A stretch of 64,000 nucleotides of DNA from Candidatus Aminicenantes bacterium (GTDB taxonomy: Bacteria; Acidobacteriota; Aminicenantia; Aminicenantales; JAFGBC01), in assembly GCA_963702005.1 (NCBI GenBank), contig OY969696.1:3296001-3360000 (forward strand), read 5' to 3'. Under the pieces are notes generated by a model. The model was not told the origin of the DNA and searched no databases. It saw only the letters and a program-made list of their open reading frames with translations. The position numbers and the translations under genes are program-made. Shown piece after piece: positions 47,124 through 58,563 of the stretch (the first letter of the stretch is position 1; every line of letters begins with the position of its first letter).

Positions 47124-47780
47124 TCATCTCACGAAGACTATGAGGAGAAGCAGAAACAGCGCCGTCGTCAAAGTCCCGGCCAGGATAGCCTTCCCCCAGC
47201 GGAGCGTTTGGACCGAAGCCAGGGCCCGCATGTTCAGCCACCAGAGCCAAACGGCCCCCAGGACGTGATAGCCGAGAAAAACCGCCTGCCAGGGCCCCGG
47301 CGCGGAGACGAGGTCCACAAACTCCCGCTGCCCCAGCCCTAAGAGCATGAGAACGGCGATAGCCGTCTCGAACAGCCAGACAAAGAGAAGCGGAATGCTC
47401 CAGGCAAGGGCCAGCGAAGCCGCCGTCGCCCGGAACGTCCCTTTTCCGCCCAGGACCCATCCTAAGGCCTTCGCCGCGGCCGAGACCAGGAGCCAGCCGA
47501 TGACGACGAGCGGCAGGATGAAGGCCATCTCCCAGAAATGATAGTTCTCGGGGGCGAGCGGGATGAAGAGGGGAACCATGGGCAGGGACCCGGCCAGGCC
47601 GAAACCGGCCGCCGTCAGGGCATACAAAACTCCGGTCAGGAGGACCATCCAAACCGTTTTCCGGAGCGGCTTGGGCTCAGCGCGCAGTTGCGGAAAGGTC
47701 CGCCCGGGACGGACGGCCGCGCCCAGGGCGTAGGAACCAGCGCCGGGGCATAGCTTTATATCGGTCTTCTTCTTTGTCAT
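47124..47780 (-). CDS. YIP1-like membrane protein
   Basis: About five TM helices, LGGKGTF motif. Confidence 0.65.
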   Translation of the reverse strand: MTKKKTDIKLCPGAGSYALGAAVRPGRTFPQLRAEPKPLRKTVWMVLLTGVLYALTAAGFGLAGSLPMVPLFIPLAPENYHFWEMAFILPLVVIGWLLVSAAAKALGWVLGGKGTFRATAASLALAWSIPLLFVWLFETAIAVLMLLGLGQREFVDLVSAPGPWQAVFLGYHVLGAVWLWWLNMRALASVQTLRWGKAILAGTLTTALFLLLLIVFVR

Positions 47781-48532
47781 CAGTAGTCCGCCAGGCTCTT
47801 GGTGGAAAAATTGGGATCGCTGGTCAGGTTGACGCCGAAGCGCTTGAGGCCCGCCTCGTAAGCGACATTGACGGGGTGTTTGAGGGGCAGGTTCCAGATC
47901 GGGAAGGTCTCGAACTTGGCGTAGCCCGACGACAATCCGCGCTTCCAGTCGTGGTAGAGCTGGGACAGGCAGGTCGCGAGCTTGCCGCTGCCGGGTCCTG
48001 GTCCGGTGACGATGACCAGGGGCTTACGGCCGGGGATGTACTCGTTGGCGCCGTAGCCCTGGTCGGAGACGATCATATCGATGTCGGTCGGATATCCTTT
48101 GGTAAAGGCGTGCATGTAGACCTTGATGCCCCGGCGCTCGAGCTTGTTCTTGAAGATCGTGGCGGCCGGCTGGTCGTCGAAGCGGGTGATGACCACGCCC
48201 AGGACGTTCAGCCCCCACTCGGCGAGATCGTCGATCATCTTGAGGGCGTCGACGTCGTAGGTGATCCCGAAATCGGCCCGGACCTTGCGCCGCTCGATGT
48301 CGCCGGAGTAGATGCAGAGAAGAATATCGGCCTGGTCCCTGAGCTCGCGCAGGAGCAGCATCTTGACGTTGGGGTCGTAGCCGGGGAGGACGCGGGCCGC
48401 GTGGTGGTCGAACATGAGCTTCCCGCCGAACTCGAGGTAGAGCTTGTTGCCGAAGCGCCGGACGCGCTCGAGGATGGAGGCCGTCTGTTCCCGGAGGTAG
48501 CGCTCGTTGTCGAAACCGGGCCGGATCGTCAC
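47780..48532 (-). CDS. DUF1846 (UPF0371) protein, apparently internally deleted
   Basis: [51 protein letters not shown]; only 250 aa. Confidence 0.8.
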   Translation of the reverse strand: MTIRPGFDNERYLREQTASILERVRRFGNKLYLEFGGKLMFDHHAARVLPGYDPNVKMLLLRELRDQADILLCIYSGDIERRKVRADFGITYDVDALKMIDDLAEWGLNVLGVVITRFDDQPAATIFKNKLERRGIKVYMHAFTKGYPTDIDMIVSDQGYGANEYIPGRKPLVIVTGPGPGSGKLATCLSQLYHDWKRGLSSGYAKFETFPIWNLPLKHPVNVAYEAGLKRFGVNLTSDPNFSTKSLADY

Positions 48533-51500
48533 TTACCCCTCCCGGTCAGAAGCTTGAAATCCTCGATCAGGCCGTAGGGCCGCAGGTCGTATTCGGACCC
48601 GGACGGCCGCCCGCCCGGAGGCGATTTCTGGAAATTCGAGGGCCAAGCGCTGCCGACGGGCGGGCCGTTGTGGTGGGGTCCGAGCAGGTTCTTGAGAGTC
48701 CCACAGACGACGACCTCGACCTCATGAATGCCCGGCCCGAGCGCGGTCCCCAAGTCGAGCTCGTAGGGCGGGAATGCGATGAGGCCCGCCGGCTTGCCGT
48801 CCAATCGGACCTCAGCCAGGGCGCCCTGCCAGCGGCCGAGCTTGACCTTAAGACTCGCCTTATTTGCGCCGGATTCGGGAATCCGGAATGTTTTTGTATA
48901 CCTCACCCGATCCGAGTAGAACGGCCAGCCCTGGTCCGACCAAGCGCCCAGCCCGAGCGGCGCGGCGGGCTCGAGCCCGAACCCCTTGTCCCGGGGAACG
49001 GCCCGGAAAGGGCCCCGAAGGTAGACGGGCTCGAGTTCGCTATGGATGGTGAAAGGACGGGCCTTAAGGACCAGCCGGTTCTCGCCCTCCTTCAGGAACG
49101 GTCCGACCGCGAATACGCCGAAGGCCTTGTCCAGCCACCAGCGGTTTCTCTCGGGTTCGATGGCCCGGCCGTTGACGGAAACCCGGAAAAGTCCTGGCCG
49201 CTCGACGACGGCTTCAACCGACCTCAGGTCCGCCCCGCGGCCGGTCGTGAAACGGAATGTCGCTTCGAAACCCGAATCGGCCGGGAAACGGTCCAGGTCC
49301 AGGATGTTCGTCTTGTACTGGACGGCGCTGTCCCAGGGGTTTCGGTTCAGGCCGTTCCGGCGGAAGGTCCTGAGCTGGGCTTCGTAGAAATAGAGGTCCT
49401 TGTCGGTCTTGCCGTCGAGGGTCAGGTCGCAGAAATCGAGCGTCAGGGCATTGGGCTCTAGGGCCTCGACCTTGACCTCCCCTTCGGCCGCGAGCTCACT
49501 CCACTCGGGAGGCGTCTCGGGAGAAGCCGGCTTCGAGGCGGCTTCGTCAAGGACGCAGAGGAGAAGGCTTCCGGCCGGAGGAAGATCATAGCCGACCGTG
49601 AGGTTGTCGCCGTCCCGGGCCGCGGGCCGGGCGCTGACCGTTCCCGTAAACGGATCCCAGGCCTCCACGCTCCGGCCGTGCATGACAAAGGTCCCGGAGG
49701 CGCTTCGGTCCGGGCTCGTATTGGCCAGGAAGACGAGGCAGGCGTCCTTGAGATGGCGCCTCTGGTGGAAAAGGAGGCTTGAACCGTCGCGGTCCTGATT
49801 GAAGACGATGCCCTGGGGATTGAGCTTAGCGATCGACTCAGCGGCTCCGGCCGGAGAAGCGACGGTCCACTGCCGCTCGTAGCGGGAGGCGAGTTTCCCC
49901 ATCCGGTCCGAAGGCGTCCCGTCGACGAGGCCGGGAGGTTCGCCCAGGCAAAGGACTTGACCTCCCCGGTGTAGATAGTTGTCAAGGAGGTCGGCCGTCT
50001 CCGCGGCGAGGTTCTCCATACCGGCCGGAAGTACGACAAGCTCGTAGCGGCACTCGCCGATCGCCAGGGCTCCCCCACCGACCTCGGCGCGGCCTTTCAA
50101 GACGGCTTCGGCCCCCAGGTCGTATTCAACCTGGGCCGCCTCGAGGCCGAGGACCAAGTCCTGGAAGCTGCGGCCGAGCTCGTCGAGACGGGCCGAAGCT
50201 TTCTCCGGCGAATAGTACATCCAGGCCGTGGTTGTCGGTTCGAGGACCAGGACCCGGTTGACCTGCCGTCCCTTGACCATCGCGACCGAAAGCCGGCCGA
50301 AGTAGTCGGCCAGGAGGCTGTAGTCGGGCCACCAGGGCTCGTGGTAGGAAAAGGACAGCGGATGGTCGCGCTTGCGGGCGCCCATGATCGTCATGTAGGA
50401 AAGGTGCTGGGTGAGAAGGTTGACGCCCAGGGCGTATTCCCAATCGCCGATCCGTTTCTGATCGCAAAAGGTCAGGTCCCAGCCGCTCGCGCCGTAGGTC
50501 TCGGACAGGGTCCGCGCCCTGCCGAGCTGGTTGGCGATACTTCGGATTTCCCGGACGGCCCGGGCGTTCCCGAACTGGGCGTGAGGATCCGTCTGATAAT
50601 CGTTCATCAGGATGTCGACCCCGGGAACCTGGGCGTAAGCGGCGAGCGTCATACTATCGGGGACGGAGCGCGGGATCGGCCACTCGTGCTCCCAGTAATG
50701 GCCGGTCAGGGCGAGGTTGTTGGCCGTGCAGTAATCGTAGTAAGGAATCGCCCAGTTTTCGACGAACAGCTCGAGGAGGGTCTGGTAGAAATTGTGGCGG
50801 ACCCGCTTCCAGTCACCCCGCTCCTCAAACAGGGACGGCAGTCGGAGCCTGAGGTCGTAGCCCCAGCGGGATTCGAACCGGTCGAACAGGGCCGGCGTAT
50901 AGTTGACGACGTCCTCCCCCCCGGCCGGAGAGATCTCGGCTTCGTCCTGGAAGGTGCCCGGTACGACGCCGCCGAACTCGGCGCCGAAGGCGCGCTTGTA
51001 GGCGTTGAGGGTCACATCGAGGAAGGTCTCGGTGATGTTTCGTCTCATCAGGTCGACATAAGTGAATCCCCCGTACCAGGGACTCGGCTTCTGGGGATCG
51101 AGGTCGAAGACGAAATACTCTCCGGGACCGAGGTCCTCCCGGCCCGCCCGATTCGTCACGTCCTCGAAGCCGGCTCCCGAGGCGCGCAGAATGAGAAGGG
51201 GCGGAGTCGGGAACGGCGCGGGGAGCGCCGCGTAGCGCTTCATCCGGAGGCCGGTCCGGACGGCATCCGGGATCCGGGCCGGGACGTGACCTCCGGCGAA
51301 CCCCGACGGATAGGAGTTTTCGTCGTAGATCCAGACTTTTATCCCCAACGCCTTTCCCCTCTCGACGGCGTGGCGGAAGAGGCCGAGCCATTCCTCGGTC
51401 AGGTAGGGCGTGATCAATCCCGGCCGGGGATGCACGAAGACGCCGCCGATCCCCTTGGCCTTGAAGTCGGCCAGCTCGTCGTCGATGGCCGCATCGGTCA

Positions 51501-51672
51501 CCCGGTCGTTCCAGACCCAGAGCGGCGCGCTCCGGAATTCGGCCGGCGGATCCTGGAAAGCGGCCAGGACCTCGGCGCGGGCGTCCCGCGATAGGGGCCC
51601 GCGCGCACAGCCGACCGATCCGGCCGAGATCAGGGCGAGAAGGAAGAGCTTCAAGAGCGGGCTTAGCTTCAA
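48529..51672 (-). CDS. Large lipoprotein glycoside hydrolase (GH106/GH2-like)
   Basis: Lipobox [34 protein letters not shown]. Confidence 0.82.
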   Translation of the reverse strand: MKLSPLLKLFLLALISAGSVGCARGPLSRDARAEVLAAFQDPPAEFRSAPLWVWNDRVTDAAIDDELADFKAKGIGGVFVHPRPGLITPYLTEEWLGLFRHAVERGKALGIKVWIYDENSYPSGFAGGHVPARIPDAVRTGLRMKRYAALPAPFPTPPLLILRASGAGFEDVTNRAGREDLGPGEYFVFDLDPQKPSPWYGGFTYVDLMRRNITETFLDVTLNAYKRAFGAEFGGVVPGTFQDEAEISPAGGEDVVNYTPALFDRFESRWGYDLRLRLPSLFEERGDWKRVRHNFYQTLLELFVENWAIPYYDYCTANNLALTGHYWEHEWPIPRSVPDSMTLAAYAQVPGVDILMNDYQTDPHAQFGNARAVREIRSIANQLGRARTLSETYGASGWDLTFCDQKRIGDWEYALGVNLLTQHLSYMTIMGARKRDHPLSFSYHEPWWPDYSLLADYFGRLSVAMVKGRQVNRVLVLEPTTTAWMYYSPEKASARLDELGRSFQDLVLGLEAAQVEYDLGAEAVLKGRAEVGGGALAIGECRYELVVLPAGMENLAAETADLLDNYLHRGGQVLCLGEPPGLVDGTPSDRMGKLASRYERQWTVASPAGAAESIAKLNPQGIVFNQDRDGSSLLFHQRRHLKDACLVFLANTSPDRSASGTFVMHGRSVEAWDPFTGTVSARPAARDGDNLTVGYDLPPAGSLLLCVLDEAASKPASPETPPEWSELAAEGEVKVEALEPNALTLDFCDLTLDGKTDKDLYFYEAQLRTFRRNGLNRNPWDSAVQYKTNILDLDRFPADSGFEATFRFTTGRGADLRSVEAVVERPGLFRVSVNGRAIEPERNRWWLDKAFGVFAVGPFLKEGENRLVLKARPFTIHSELEPVYLRGPFRAVPRDKGFGLEPAAPLGLGAWSDQGWPFYSDRVRYTKTFRIPESGANKASLKVKLGRWQGALAEVRLDGKPAGLIAFPPYELDLGTALGPGIHEVEVVVCGTLKNLLGPHHNGPPVGSAWPSNFQKSPPGGRPSGSEYDLRPYGLIEDFKLLTGRGK

Positions 51673-51760
51673 CGGAGTCCTCCTATTACTAGAACTAGAA
51701 AAGGATGGGAGCCGGGATCGAGTTGAGTAGCTATGGCTGGGGGCATCACGGCCGGAAGAA

Positions 51761-51789
51761 TGTTAAAAGACCTCCTCTTAAAAGTCAAG
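51761..51789 (-). promoter_or_regulatory. Sigma70-type promoter TTGACT-17-TAACAT for the hydrolase operon (boundaries approximate)
   Basis: Minus strand TTGACTTTTAAGAGGAGGTCTTTTAACAT. Confidence 0.5.
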
Positions 51790-51833
51790 GCATGGCGACA
51801 GCCGGGGAGATCCCGGCGCGACTGAAGCGACCC

Positions 51834-52850
51834 CTAATAACCCAAAGGGGAGCAAGATCGGGCCGGGATCTTCGGATCGATGCCCTCGGAATAGGGAATT
51901 TGAGCGGGTTTCTGCCAGAACAATCCCTCATCGTTGATGTAAACGATCTTATTTCCTCTTTTGGTTGTTTCGGGTTCTTGCAGAAGCTCCTCGCGATACC
52001 CGTCGGGGATCAATTCGAAATACACCTTGTTCGCTTTCGATTGTTGGTCGAACAGGCTGTCCTGCGGACATCGAATCTTGAAGATGAAATCCGATAGGAA
52101 CCAGATATAGTCCGCTCCCTCGATGAAGTTCCTCAAATTCGCCCAGGCTTTCGCGAAGCGACTTCTGCCGGTGTCCACGGCCTTCACCGCCAAATGTTCG
52201 CCCGCTATCAGACGGCTTCGAATTTCCGCTATCCCCAGAATGTTTCCCTTTTCATCCGTCACATAGACACCGAAATCCGGGTCCATGAGAATCCATTTCC
52301 CAAGCGTGCGCGAGTAAACCGACGTGATGAAATGGCTTTCATCCTCCTCGTTCGAATGGGGCAAGAGGTGCGTCTGGCGGGACGAGAATCCCATGGCGAG
52401 GAAAACCTCGTTCAGGATGACCGTCTTCATGTAACAATTGATCAGCATGTGTTCGACTTTCGCCAAACGGATTAAATTGAACGCGTTCAACTCCTTCGGG
52501 ATTTCGGGTTCATTCGCATGCCCGGTCAGTTGATACACCCAATTCGTCAGGTTGATGATACGATCTATTTCGGAACCCTGGCCGCCGACCGTTTCCAGAT
52601 CGTACCTGTCCCGCAGTTTTCCGAGATTGCCATCCGTTGGAGCGGCGTAATGGAAATTCACGTCGACGGGATAGCCCGGCCGCTTGGCCGAGAAGGCAGG
52701 GTGCTTTTTCAAGAGGCCCGCCCATTGCCTTCCCATAGATACATTTTGGCTGCGATTGTGAGCCAACGGGATAACCGCCAGCGCGGCCCCAATCGCCGCG
52801 GCCGCAACCGCCGCGGCAGTGATAATGGCTTTGATCCTTTTGGTTTTCAG
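51834..52850 (-). CDS. Transglutaminase-like exported protein (start uncertain)
   Basis: NC..., H (SHFITSVY), WILMDP triad pattern. Frame extends upstream of 52766 through a signal-like LKTKRIKAIITAAAV. Confidence 0.75.
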   Translation of the reverse strand: MKTKRIKAIITAAAVAAAAIGAALAVIPLAHNRSQNVSMGRQWAGLLKKHPAFSAKRPGYPVDVNFHYAAPTDGNLGKLRDRYDLETVGGQGSEIDRIINLTNWVYQLTGHANEPEIPKELNAFNLIRLAKVEHMLINCYMKTVILNEVFLAMGFSSRQTHLLPHSNEEDESHFITSVYSRTLGKWILMDPDFGVYVTDEKGNILGIAEIRSRLIAGEHLAVKAVDTGRSRFAKAWANLRNFIEGADYIWFLSDFIFKIRCPQDSLFDQQSKANKVYFELIPDGYREELLQEPETTKRGNKIVYINDEGLFWQKPAQIPYSEGIDPKIPARSCSPLGY

Positions 52851-52959
52851 ATGCGTTCGAATTTCGCCTCACCCTCCCGGCTTCGGGTCCATGGAGTAAG
52901 ACGAGACCAGAAAGGAAAACGTTGACAACCGGCGCCGCGCCGGGCAGGCGCTCTTTCGG

Positions 52960-55164
52960 TCAGCGGTCGCTGACGACGACCCGGTTCCGGCCCGCGCGTT
53001 TGGCCGTGAGCAAAGCCTCGTCCGCGGCCTGAAGGACGAGGCCGCCCGTCCGGCCGTGCTCGGGGAACATGGCGACGCCCAAGGAGAGCGTCACCGGCCC
53101 GAGCGTCTGAGCGGAGAAGGGGACTTGAAGCAGCTCGGCCTGCTTCACGAGCAGTTCGGCCCGGGAGACGACGATCGAGAGAGCGGCGCCGGGCATGATC
53201 AGGGTGAACTCCTCGCCCCCGTAGCGGCAGGCGATGTCCTCTCGGCGAACCTGATCCTGGAGAAACTTGGCGATGGCCTTGAGCATGACGTCCCCCGCCT
53301 CGTGGCCGTAGTTGTCATTGAAACTCTTGAAGTGGTCGATGTCGATCATGATGACGCCGAGCGGCAGCTGGGCCCGCGTGGCCCGGAACATCTCGCGCTC
53401 GAGGGTCTCCTCCATGTAGCGCCGGTTGAACAGGTCTGTCAGGGGATCCCGGATGGACTGCTGGACGAGCTTCTCGCTCAGGCGGAGGTTGCTGAGACCG
53501 AGCAAGATCCGCTCCCTGAAGTTCGCCGCGAGCTGGACCTTGAGTCTCCGGGCCAAATCGGCCTTCGAAACGGGCGCGGCCGTCATATCCTCCATATAGA
53601 GGAGTCCCATCATCTGGCCGCCCGAGATAAGGGGTTCGCAAATGTAGCCGGAGGGCGTCCGGCCGGCCTGCTCGACGTGCCGACAGGGAAGTTGGGATGA
53701 AGGGTCATCCATGACATAGGCTTTCCCCCGGCGCAGGCCCCAACAATCGTCCTCCACGATGAAGTCCTGCGCCGGAGCCGCCTCGCCCCAGCGGGCGACC
53801 GTCTCGAGCATGTTCCGGGACGCCTTGAAGATATAGAGAGCGCCGCTGGTCTTGGGAAACAGCTTCTGGGCGAACTGGACGGTGTACTTGTAGATTTCGT
53901 CTTCTTGTTTGCAGCTCTGGAAGGCGTCGTATAACTCGCTGAGGAGCGTCATTTCCGTCGTCCGCGCCTCCAGCTCCTTGACGCTCAGCTTGAGCCGTTC
54001 GTTGGCCTCCCGGGTGGAGGCTTCCATCCGCTTCCGCTCGCTGATGTCGGTGAAGACGCCCAAGCTTCCGGCGAAGGCCCCGGCCCGATTGAAGCGCGGA
54101 ATGGCCGAGAGAAGGAGCGTGCGGCGCTTCCCGTCGGCCGACGTGATATCAAGCTCATAATTCGTCTTCTGGCCTTGTTGGCGGGCCTTGGTCTGCTCCC
54201 GCATCAGCGCGAACTGGTCGGCCGTGGTGAACTCCTCCAGGCCGCGGCCGGCCAGCCGGCCCTCGGACAGCCCGAAAATCTCGTGGGCGGCCGCGTTGGC
54301 GAACACGAATTTCTCGTCGGGCCCTACGATCCCAACGCCCTCTCCCAGAGATTCGACCATGCTCCGGAACAGCTCCTCGCTATCGCGGAGGGCGTCGGCG
54401 ACCGTTTTCATTTCCCGGGTTCGCTCCTCGACCCTCTGCTCGAGGGTCCGGCGGGCCGTTTCGAGGCGGTCGACCATGGTGTTGAAGGACCTGGCCAGCT
54501 CGCGCGATTCGTCCCGGGAGGAGATGTCGGCCCGCCGGGTCAGGTCTCCGGCGGCGATCTGGCCGGCGGTCTGGGCCATACGGCGAAGGGGTCGCGTGAT
54601 GACGGTGCTGATCAGGAAGACGGCGGCGAGCCCGATGACGAAGAAAGCCAATCCGACCAGGGTCAATGTCCTCTTGAGGTCCGCGACGAAATCGTAGATC
54701 TTCTTCATGGAAAAGCCAAGGTGGAGATCGCCCATTCTTTTAGCGTTGTAGACGATCGGGACTCGGACGCCGTAATCCAGCCCGTCGGGCGAAATCGCGG
54801 CCCGTTCGATTTCCAGGTAGCGGGCCCGGAGGGCGGCCTCCAAGCCGTAGGAGGCCGACGGCCGATTCGAGCCGTCCGTGATGACCAGGTAGTCCAGGTC
54901 GGGGTTCTTCCGGACGCTGGAGATGACTTCGTCGATCGTCGGCCGGTCGTTGAGGTAGGCGGCCGGGGCCAGGCTGTAAGCCGTCATCTCCGCGATGCTG
55001 ATCGACTTGTCCTCGATGTCGCGTATGGCCTGCATCCGGACATAGCGCGGGCCGATCAGGACGATCAGCAGGCTGAAAGCCAGGACGAGGGGCATCAGGA
55101 CGAGAATGAGCTTGATGTTGATCCGGCGGGGGACGATGAATGAAAGCGCGGATATGACTCTCAT
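52960..55164 (-). CDS. Membrane diguanylate cyclase (HAMP-PAS-GAF-GGDEF)
   Basis: ITRPL..HAMP, PAS, DPLTDLFNRR, DIDHFK, RREDIACRYGGEEF (I-site and active site). Confidence 0.93.
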   Translation of the reverse strand: MRVISALSFIVPRRINIKLILVLMPLVLAFSLLIVLIGPRYVRMQAIRDIEDKSISIAEMTAYSLAPAAYLNDRPTIDEVISSVRKNPDLDYLVITDGSNRPSASYGLEAALRARYLEIERAAISPDGLDYGVRVPIVYNAKRMGDLHLGFSMKKIYDFVADLKRTLTLVGLAFFVIGLAAVFLISTVITRPLRRMAQTAGQIAAGDLTRRADISSRDESRELARSFNTMVDRLETARRTLEQRVEERTREMKTVADALRDSEELFRSMVESLGEGVGIVGPDEKFVFANAAAHEIFGLSEGRLAGRGLEEFTTADQFALMREQTKARQQGQKTNYELDITSADGKRRTLLLSAIPRFNRAGAFAGSLGVFTDISERKRMEASTREANERLKLSVKELEARTTEMTLLSELYDAFQSCKQEDEIYKYTVQFAQKLFPKTSGALYIFKASRNMLETVARWGEAAPAQDFIVEDDCWGLRRGKAYVMDDPSSQLPCRHVEQAGRTPSGYICEPLISGGQMMGLLYMEDMTAAPVSKADLARRLKVQLAANFRERILLGLSNLRLSEKLVQQSIRDPLTDLFNRRYMEETLEREMFRATRAQLPLGVIMIDIDHFKSFNDNYGHEAGDVMLKAIAKFLQDQVRREDIACRYGGEEFTLIMPGAALSIVVSRAELLVKQAELLQVPFSAQTLGPVTLSLGVAMFPEHGRTGGLVLQAADEALLTAKRAGRNRVVVSDR

Positions 55165-55734
55165 TTATTCCTCGACTAGGCGAACGAGCCTCAGCAGCTT
55201 TGAACTGAAGTCGGCCCCGGCCAGGCGGGCGCTGGCCAGGTTGACCAGAATCTCGGGCCTGTCCTCCTTGATATCGAACCCGACCGAGACCCCCGCGGCG
55301 ATGTACTCGGGGACGCCCGTGAAGCTCAGGACCCGTTTGGCGTTGCAAACGGGGATAATGGCCCTGACGTCGAACGCCCGGAGGGGCGCGATATAAAGGA
55401 TGTCGATCCCCTCGCGGCCGAAGATCTTGGCCAGGTCGTTCGGATCTCCGAGTTCGATGACGACGGCGCGGACCGGCAGGTCGTTCCAGGGCGACGCCCC
55501 CGAAGTCCGGATGGCGTCGAGGAGGGCGTCCTTGGCGACGATGGATTCGCGGACGGCCGTCTGGTAGGCGATCCCGATGACGATCTCGGTGCCGACCCGG
55601 CTCCGGAGATTGCGGTCGAAGGTCAGGACCTTGATCAGAAGGTCGTACTGGAGATCGGCCGGGATGGTCATCTCCTGGGCCCGGATGAGCGGCCCCAGGA
55701 GCAAAACAAAAATGAGAACGCGTAAGGGCCGCAT
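55165..55734 (-). CDS. YfiR-family periplasmic regulator
   Basis: Signal peptide, ILVNLASARLAGADFSSKLLRL; adjacent to the cyclase. Confidence 0.8.
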   Translation of the reverse strand: MRPLRVLIFVLLLGPLIRAQEMTIPADLQYDLLIKVLTFDRNLRSRVGTEIVIGIAYQTAVRESIVAKDALLDAIRTSGASPWNDLPVRAVVIELGDPNDLAKIFGREGIDILYIAPLRAFDVRAIIPVCNAKRVLSFTGVPEYIAAGVSVGFDIKEDRPEILVNLASARLAGADFSSKLLRLVRLVEE

Positions 55735-55902
55735 CTTAGAAGAGGTTCTCCTCTTCCTGCCCGAGGGCCGGGACAGACGCCAGGATCCAAGTTCCAAGAC
55801 CAAAGACAAGGGGTGCCAGCGTCCAACGGCGAATCGGAATCACTCCTAATCTTTTAATGATAGCGAAAAAGGCCGGGTTAGACAAGCCGAGCGGAAGAGA
55901 AC

Positions 55903-55996
<94 letters not shown>

Positions 55997-56057
55997 GCGG
56001 CCTGAAAAGCGGTGCTATTTTAGCATGTTTCGGGCGGGAAGCAAACGCGCCGTTCTC

Positions 56058-56147
56058 TGGCGGAGGGAGAGGGATTCGAACCCCCGTTCCGGGAACCCGG
56101 AAAGCGGTTTTCAAGACCGCCGCCTTAAACCACTCGGCCATCCCTCC
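56058..56147 (-). tRNA. tRNA-Ser(TGA)
   Basis: GGAGGGA acceptor, GCGGT-CT-TGA-AA-ACCGC anticodon arm, long variable arm, encoded CCA. Confidence 0.95.
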
Positions 56148-56210
56148 GCAGCGCTATTGTACTTGCCGGCCGGACCGGCCGCAAGCCCGAGGCCCATCCC
56201 CTATAACGGG

Positions 56211-57482
56211 CTAGGAAATCCGGTCCAGGCCGTCCATGTAGGGACGGAGCGCCTCGGGAACGACGACCGAGCCGTCGGACCTCTGGTAGTTCTCCAGGAT
56301 GGCGCTGACGGTCCTGCCCACGGCCAGCCCCGATCCGTTCAGGGTGTGAACGAACTCGGGTTTGGCCTTGGGTTCGCGCCGGAAGCGGATGTTGGCCCGC
56401 CGGGACTGGAAATCGCCGCAGTTCGAGCAGGAGGATATCTCCAGGTAGCCGTTCCGGGACGGCATCCAGACCTCCAGGTCGTAGGTCTTCATGCTCGCGA
56501 AGCCCATGTCGCCCGTGCAGAGGGCGACGACCCGGTAAGCCAAGCCGAGACGCCGCAGGACCTCCTCGGCGCTCGCCGTCAGCCATTCGAGCTCGTCGAA
56601 AGACGTCTCGGGAAGGCTGAAGATCATCATCTCGACCTTGTTGAACTGGTGCTGGCGGATTAAGCCGCGGATGTCCTTGCCATAGGACCCGGCCTCGCTC
56701 CGGAAGCAGGGCGTGTAGGCCGCCAGGCGCTTGGGCAAGACGGCTCCCTCGAGGATCTCGTCCCGGTGGTAATTCGTGAGAGGGACTTCGGCCGTCGGGA
56801 TGAGATACCAGGGGACGCCCTCGATCTTGAAGAGGTCCGCGGCGAACTTGGGAAGATTCCCCGTCCCGGTCAGGCTCTCGGCGTTGGCGATGAAGGGGGG
56901 GAGGATTTCCTTGAAGCCGCGCTCCCGGGTGTGGATGTCGAGCATGAAATTGATCAGGGCCCGCTCGAGGCGCGCCCCGGGTCCGAGGGAGACGGCGAAC
57001 CGGGAGCCGGCGATCTTGGCGGCCCGCTCGAAATCGAGGATCCCCAAATTCGCGCCGATGTCCCAGTGGGCGAGCGGGCTGAAATCGAAACGGGGGGGAT
57101 CACCGGAGCGCCGGACCTCGACGTTCCCGGAGGCGTCCTTGCCGATCGTGACGGAATCGTGGGGCGGGTTGGGTATGACGAGCAGAGTCAGCCGGATCTC
57201 GTCCTCGATGCGGCGGAGCTCGTCATCGAGGACCTTGATCTCATCCCCGACGCCCTTCATCTCGGCTATGATGGCCGAGGCGTCCTTCTTCTCCCGCTTG
57301 AGCCGGGCGACCTGTTCGGACGCCTGGTTCCTCTTCGCCCGGAGATCCTCGGCTTTGCGCAGGGTGTCCTTTTTAGCCTCGGACAGGCGGACGAATTCAT
57401 CAAGATTGATGGGGAGGCCGCGGGAAGCGGTCTTGCTCAGGATGAGGTCCTTGTTCTCCAGGACGAACTTGGGGTCCAGCAT
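56211..57482 (-). CDS. serS: Seryl-tRNA synthetase
   Basis: MLDPK start, [42 protein letters not shown]. Confidence 0.97.
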   Translation of the reverse strand: MLDPKFVLENKDLILSKTASRGLPINLDEFVRLSEAKKDTLRKAEDLRAKRNQASEQVARLKREKKDASAIIAEMKGVGDEIKVLDDELRRIEDEIRLTLLVIPNPPHDSVTIGKDASGNVEVRRSGDPPRFDFSPLAHWDIGANLGILDFERAAKIAGSRFAVSLGPGARLERALINFMLDIHTRERGFKEILPPFIANAESLTGTGNLPKFAADLFKIEGVPWYLIPTAEVPLTNYHRDEILEGAVLPKRLAAYTPCFRSEAGSYGKDIRGLIRQHQFNKVEMMIFSLPETSFDELEWLTASAEEVLRRLGLAYRVVALCTGDMGFASMKTYDLEVWMPSRNGYLEISSCSNCGDFQSRRANIRFRREPKAKPEFVHTLNGSGLAVGRTVSAILENYQRSDGSVVVPEALRPYMDGLDRIS

Positions 57483-57596
57483 GCCCGAATTATAACATAA
57501 GAGGGCGACGCCTTTGGAGGGCCGCCTTGTCCCGCGCCGAAGAGCCCCCCCTCGCGCCGGGTTGACTCCCCCGGAAGCTTCCCATACAATTCCTTC

Positions 57597-58136
57597 GTGT
57601 CGCCTCGATCCGAATTCAAAGGGTACGTCCAAGTCTACACCGGCGACGGCAAGGGCAAGACGACGGCCGCGCTCGGCCTCGCCTTGCGCGCCGCCGGCCA
57701 CGGCTTGGGGACCTACATCGGCCAGTTCTTGAAAGGCCGGCCGACCGGCGAGACGAAGGCGGCCCGGCGTCTCTCCCCCCTTCTTACCATCGAGAGGTTC
57801 GGACGCCGGGGATTCGTCCGGCTCGACGGGGACCCCGACCGCGAGGACATCGACCGGGCCAGGCGCGGACTGGCCCGCTGCCTCAAGGCCATGCTCTCGG
57901 GCCGTTACCGGATCATCGTCCTCGACGAGGTCAACGTCGCCGTCGATCTGGGCCTCATCCCGGAGCGGGATGTCCTCGCCTTCCTCGATCGGAAACCGGC
58001 CGACGTGGAGGTCGTCCTGACCGGAAGGTTCGCGCCCCAGGCCGTCGTGCGCCGGGCCGACCTTGTGACCGATATGAAGGAACGCAGGCATTACTCAAAG
58101 AAAGGCGTCAGAGCCCGGACGGGTATCGAAAAATGA
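57597..58136 (+). CDS. cobO: Cob(I)alamin adenosyltransferase
   Basis: [34 protein letters not shown]. Confidence 0.92.
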   Translation: MSPRSEFKGYVQVYTGDGKGKTTAALGLALRAAGHGLGTYIGQFLKGRPTGETKAARRLSPLLTIERFGRRGFVRLDGDPDREDIDRARRGLARCLKAMLSGRYRIIVLDEVNVAVDLGLIPERDVLAFLDRKPADVEVVLTGRFAPQAVVRRADLVTDMKERRHYSKKGVRARTGIEK

Positions 58137-58155
58137 CGCGCGATTAGAAGCGCCC

Positions 58156-58533
58156 ATGGATAGAGGTAAATTCGAAAAGCTCGTCGAAGAAGCCATGGCT
58201 CGGGTCCCGGATAAATTCAAGAAATACATCGAAAACGTCACCGTCATCGTCGAGGCCCGGCCGGCGCAGCTGACTCTGCGGGAGATGAACGCCCCGCCCG
58301 GCCGAACCCTGCTCGGACTCTACCACGGCGTCCCCATGAAGCATCGCGGCCCTTATTACGGAAATCTGCCGCCCGACGTCATCGTCATCTACCAGGAGCC
58401 GATCGAGGAAATCTGCCGGACCGACGAGGAGATCAAGAAGAAGGTCCGCGAGGTCGTCCTCCACGAGATCGGCCATTTCTTCGGCATGAGCGACCGGGAG
58501 CTCAGGGAGATCGAAGGCGACGACGAATGGTAA
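58156..58533 (+). CDS. Zincin-like metallopeptidase (DUF1025)
   Basis: LLGLYHG, HEIGHFFG. Confidence 0.88.
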   Translation: MDRGKFEKLVEEAMARVPDKFKKYIENVTVIVEARPAQLTLREMNAPPGRTLLGLYHGVPMKHRGPYYGNLPPDVIVIYQEPIEEICRTDEEIKKKVREVVLHEIGHFFGMSDRELREIEGDDEW

Positions 58534-58563
58534 CGCAGCCGACCGGCCAGGAGGTCTTTTGAC

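Noticed and set aside
47101-47652. Upstream part of the 358-aa ORF 46576..47652
   Set aside because: Alternate frame of the YIP1-like gene; the real start with RBS is at 47100.
56058-56147. tRNA with TGA anticodon as a selenocysteine or suppressor tRNA
   Set aside because: Anticodon TGA reads UCA (Ser); tRNA-Sec has anticodon TCA. Normal 7-bp acceptor stem.
57483-58091. N-terminal extension of SerS (626-aa ORF)
   Set aside because: It is the antisense of cobO; the canonical start MLD is at 57482.
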